Assembly: GCF_023055435.1 (NCBI RefSeq)
Contig: NW_025964024.1
Span: forward strand, 1,984,001-2,048,000
Direction of reading: 5' to 3'
DNA length: 64,000 bases
DNA from: Haliotis rufescens
Taxonomy: Eukaryota
Shown here: positions 61,562 to 64,000 of the stretch, in pieces
How the letters are laid out: the number at the start of each line of letters is the position of its first letter
Numbering within the stretch: the first letter of the stretch is position 1
Translations under genes and position numbers: made by a program
The notes under the pieces: generated by a model
Database searches by the model: none
Seen by the model: the letters and a program-made list of their open reading frames with translations, nothing else
What the model was told of the DNA's origin: nothing

Positions 61562-62000
61562 ACTAAATGAGGTAACTTCGCTGACTTCATCTGATTGTGA
61601 TCAGTGTAGACTGACTCATATTTTAATCATACACACAGCTTTCGACGTCTTCATTTATAAGGACAATAACTGTGGTTCGCGTTACTCAAACAATCTGTTT
61701 CGGGATTCATTGATAGTGTACATAGTTATTCTTGTGGAGCAGCTATTACAGCTATTTAGCAAACTCCCGTACAGAATGTATAGCCTTTAGTTGAATAAAT
61801 GTGTTGACGACAGGGCGTTGACGATTAATATCAAGCGATAATAGGATAGAAAAATATGATTTGTTTTTTATTCATAATGCTATGATTTAGGAACGGAATG
61901 TGTTCTAAATATATATCGACTAATATTAATGTTCAATACATTTTCTCTACACAGACGATCAGGATTTTGGTTTGGTTTGTTGTTGTACGCCGCACTATTC

Positions 62001-62166
62001 TTGTTGTAAGACGCGACTAACGTGATCGGGTGACTCGCTGACTTCGTATGTCATCGTATCCCATTTGCGTATATCGATGCTCATGATATCAATCACTGGA
62101 TTGTCTGGCCCAGACTCGATTATTTACAGACCGCCGTCATGTAGCTGGAATATTGCTGAGCAAACA
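62001..62166 (+). mobile_element. SINE family C, partial
   Basis: Homology to the other family C copies. Confidence 0.72.
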
Positions 62167-62381
62167 GCAAACGCACAAACAAAACCACTGTACTTAAGGA
62201 TTCGAACCTGGATTCTGTACGACGAGTGAACGCTCCACCATTGAGCTACCCCATTGCACCTTAATGTAAGAACAGTATCGATCTTCACTAAACCATCGGT
62301 GTACATTGGAAACTCGTCATCCTAACATGCCATGGCCTCTGATGACGGGAGGAAAGATGCGGCGGACATTGTAACACAGTA

Positions 62382-62556
62382 CAGTTAACTACGGTTATAA
62401 CGAACTCAAAGGGACTACTATCTTTAGTTCGTTATAACCGTAATTCGCTATAAGCATATATACAGTATAACTACAGCAAATAGTCGTGACTAAAAAGTTA
62501 GTTCGTTATATCCGTTAGTTCGTTATAAGCGTGTTCGTTATAACCGTAGTTTACTA
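62382..62556. mobile_element. MITE, same family as 45782-45957
   Basis: Same TIRs, each with one mismatch; TA flanks. Confidence 0.88.
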
Positions 62557-63251
62557 TATTCAAAAACATTGGTAAGTCAAAAAGGACGTCACATACATGG
62601 TATTTCAGTTGGTATCAAGTGTATGTCGGCGGCGGTGATGTCGTAACGCCGTCCATGCGGAGGATGTCATAATTAGTGCTGCCGTTATCCCCTTCTACGA
62701 ATTTCTCTACGTTGCTGTTTTGTCCCGGGTCGGGTGATGTTGCTACACCGTTAACGGAGACGTCATCTATTTCTGCCTATGTCAGATGAAACTGACCTTC
62801 AGGAGACATGATGACTCACGTTGATTGTGTCAGCCGGGGACATCTCCGAGGTCTGTGTGGGAGAGAGTCGCTATATCGATAAAATGCATTACTGGGTATT
62901 GACAAGAGGGAAAGTTGTCACGTCATCCTTGAATTGTTTGTCATACTTTCTTTACATGCAATTGGATCCCGTCGAGACTGACATAACTATATTTAGGTAT
63001 CATAGTTTCCTTATATGATTATTTTTCAATTTTTTTGTTACCTACTCGTGTCCTTTAAAAGAGGGTCGTCAGACGTCGGCACATGTTCGTGTAGTTGTCA
63101 GGATCGATATGTGGGAATATATGATATATTCCAGGATGTAATAACAAACGCACCCCGATACTGAGGGTTTTGTGGGTATGGTGACTCCATGTTCACACGA
63201 ACTGACGCTTCCCACCCTTCCCAGGTCTATACAAACGTCACACAGTGATCG

Positions 63252-63253
<2 letters not shown>

Positions 63254-63290
<37 letters not shown>
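63254..63290. repeat. (AG)n microsatellite
   Basis: Seen directly. Confidence 0.95.
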
Positions 63291-63292
<2 letters not shown>

Positions 63293-64000
63293 GGCGTGGG
63301 GGCGGGGGCCGGGGCAAGAATGGGTTTTTCTTTCTTCCAAATTGTTGAGAGATGCACGACTTAAGGTCCGGGGGGGACAAAACATTTGGGGCCGACCAAT
63401 TACCCTACCCGAGTTAAACTACTGTCAAAGCGAATTCGCCATGCAGGACACTTTCCCCTGACCGCATCAAACAACACCAATTACACGACGTAAGACTTCG
63501 GTGACTCGCACACAAATTACAAAAACGAGATGTATTGATACGTCGATGTAATTTTCCACGGTGTACGTGCCGAAGTCATCGTCGTCGCTTCAAGATCAGG
63601 TCAGTTCACCAACTCATCTCGGCCGCTCCGTCTTCGTGAAGAAACAAAATCGATGTCGCTCACTCGCACCGGCGTCATGGACGTCTACGACGTGTGCCAC
63701 ATGTACATGCGTCAATCCTATTGTACAAGTATGTTGAGGCCCAGCAATTAATCACATATCTGTAAAGAACTGCACACTAATGATAGTCATCTACCGTTAT
63801 CTGTTGCGAGAGCAAGGCGATATTTGCCACATGCCCCAGTCTACATAACAACCTTCCTTGTCGTGTGTACCCTCCGACCCCTTATCCTACGCCACACAGG
63901 CCATTGGGTACAATACATATCTATACTTATATCTTACATACATCACACTCCCGGTGCATCTGTCTGCGGTCGTGTCAAGTCGCCTTCATCCATCATCCCC

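Overview
Eukaryotic (animal) genomic DNA: AT-rich, repeat-dense, with three N gaps. The SINE repertoire suggests a marine mollusc, probably an abalone-like gastropod (inference). The main feature is a ~28 kb cluster (17.7-45.7 kb) of eight intact, single-exon LIM-homeobox genes of the Lhx6/8 (Arrowhead) type, plus two 3' gene fragments, oriented - + + + - + - +. Seven copies are near-identical 220-aa proteins. The eighth has nearly the same LIM domains but a different N-terminus and homeodomain helices 1-2. The copies show mosaic, gene-conversion-like variation, and 7 of 8 share an RTTCACTC element 26-27 nt upstream of the TATA box. A 113-bp satellite with an 11-monomer higher-order period lies between an inverted pair of copies. 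The window also holds an intronless Olig-family bHLH gene, a tRNA-Asp(GTC) gene, several SINE families, a TA-target MITE family, LINE/Penelope/Tc1 remnants, and mini/microsatellites. Family assignments come from motif recognition; no database search was run.
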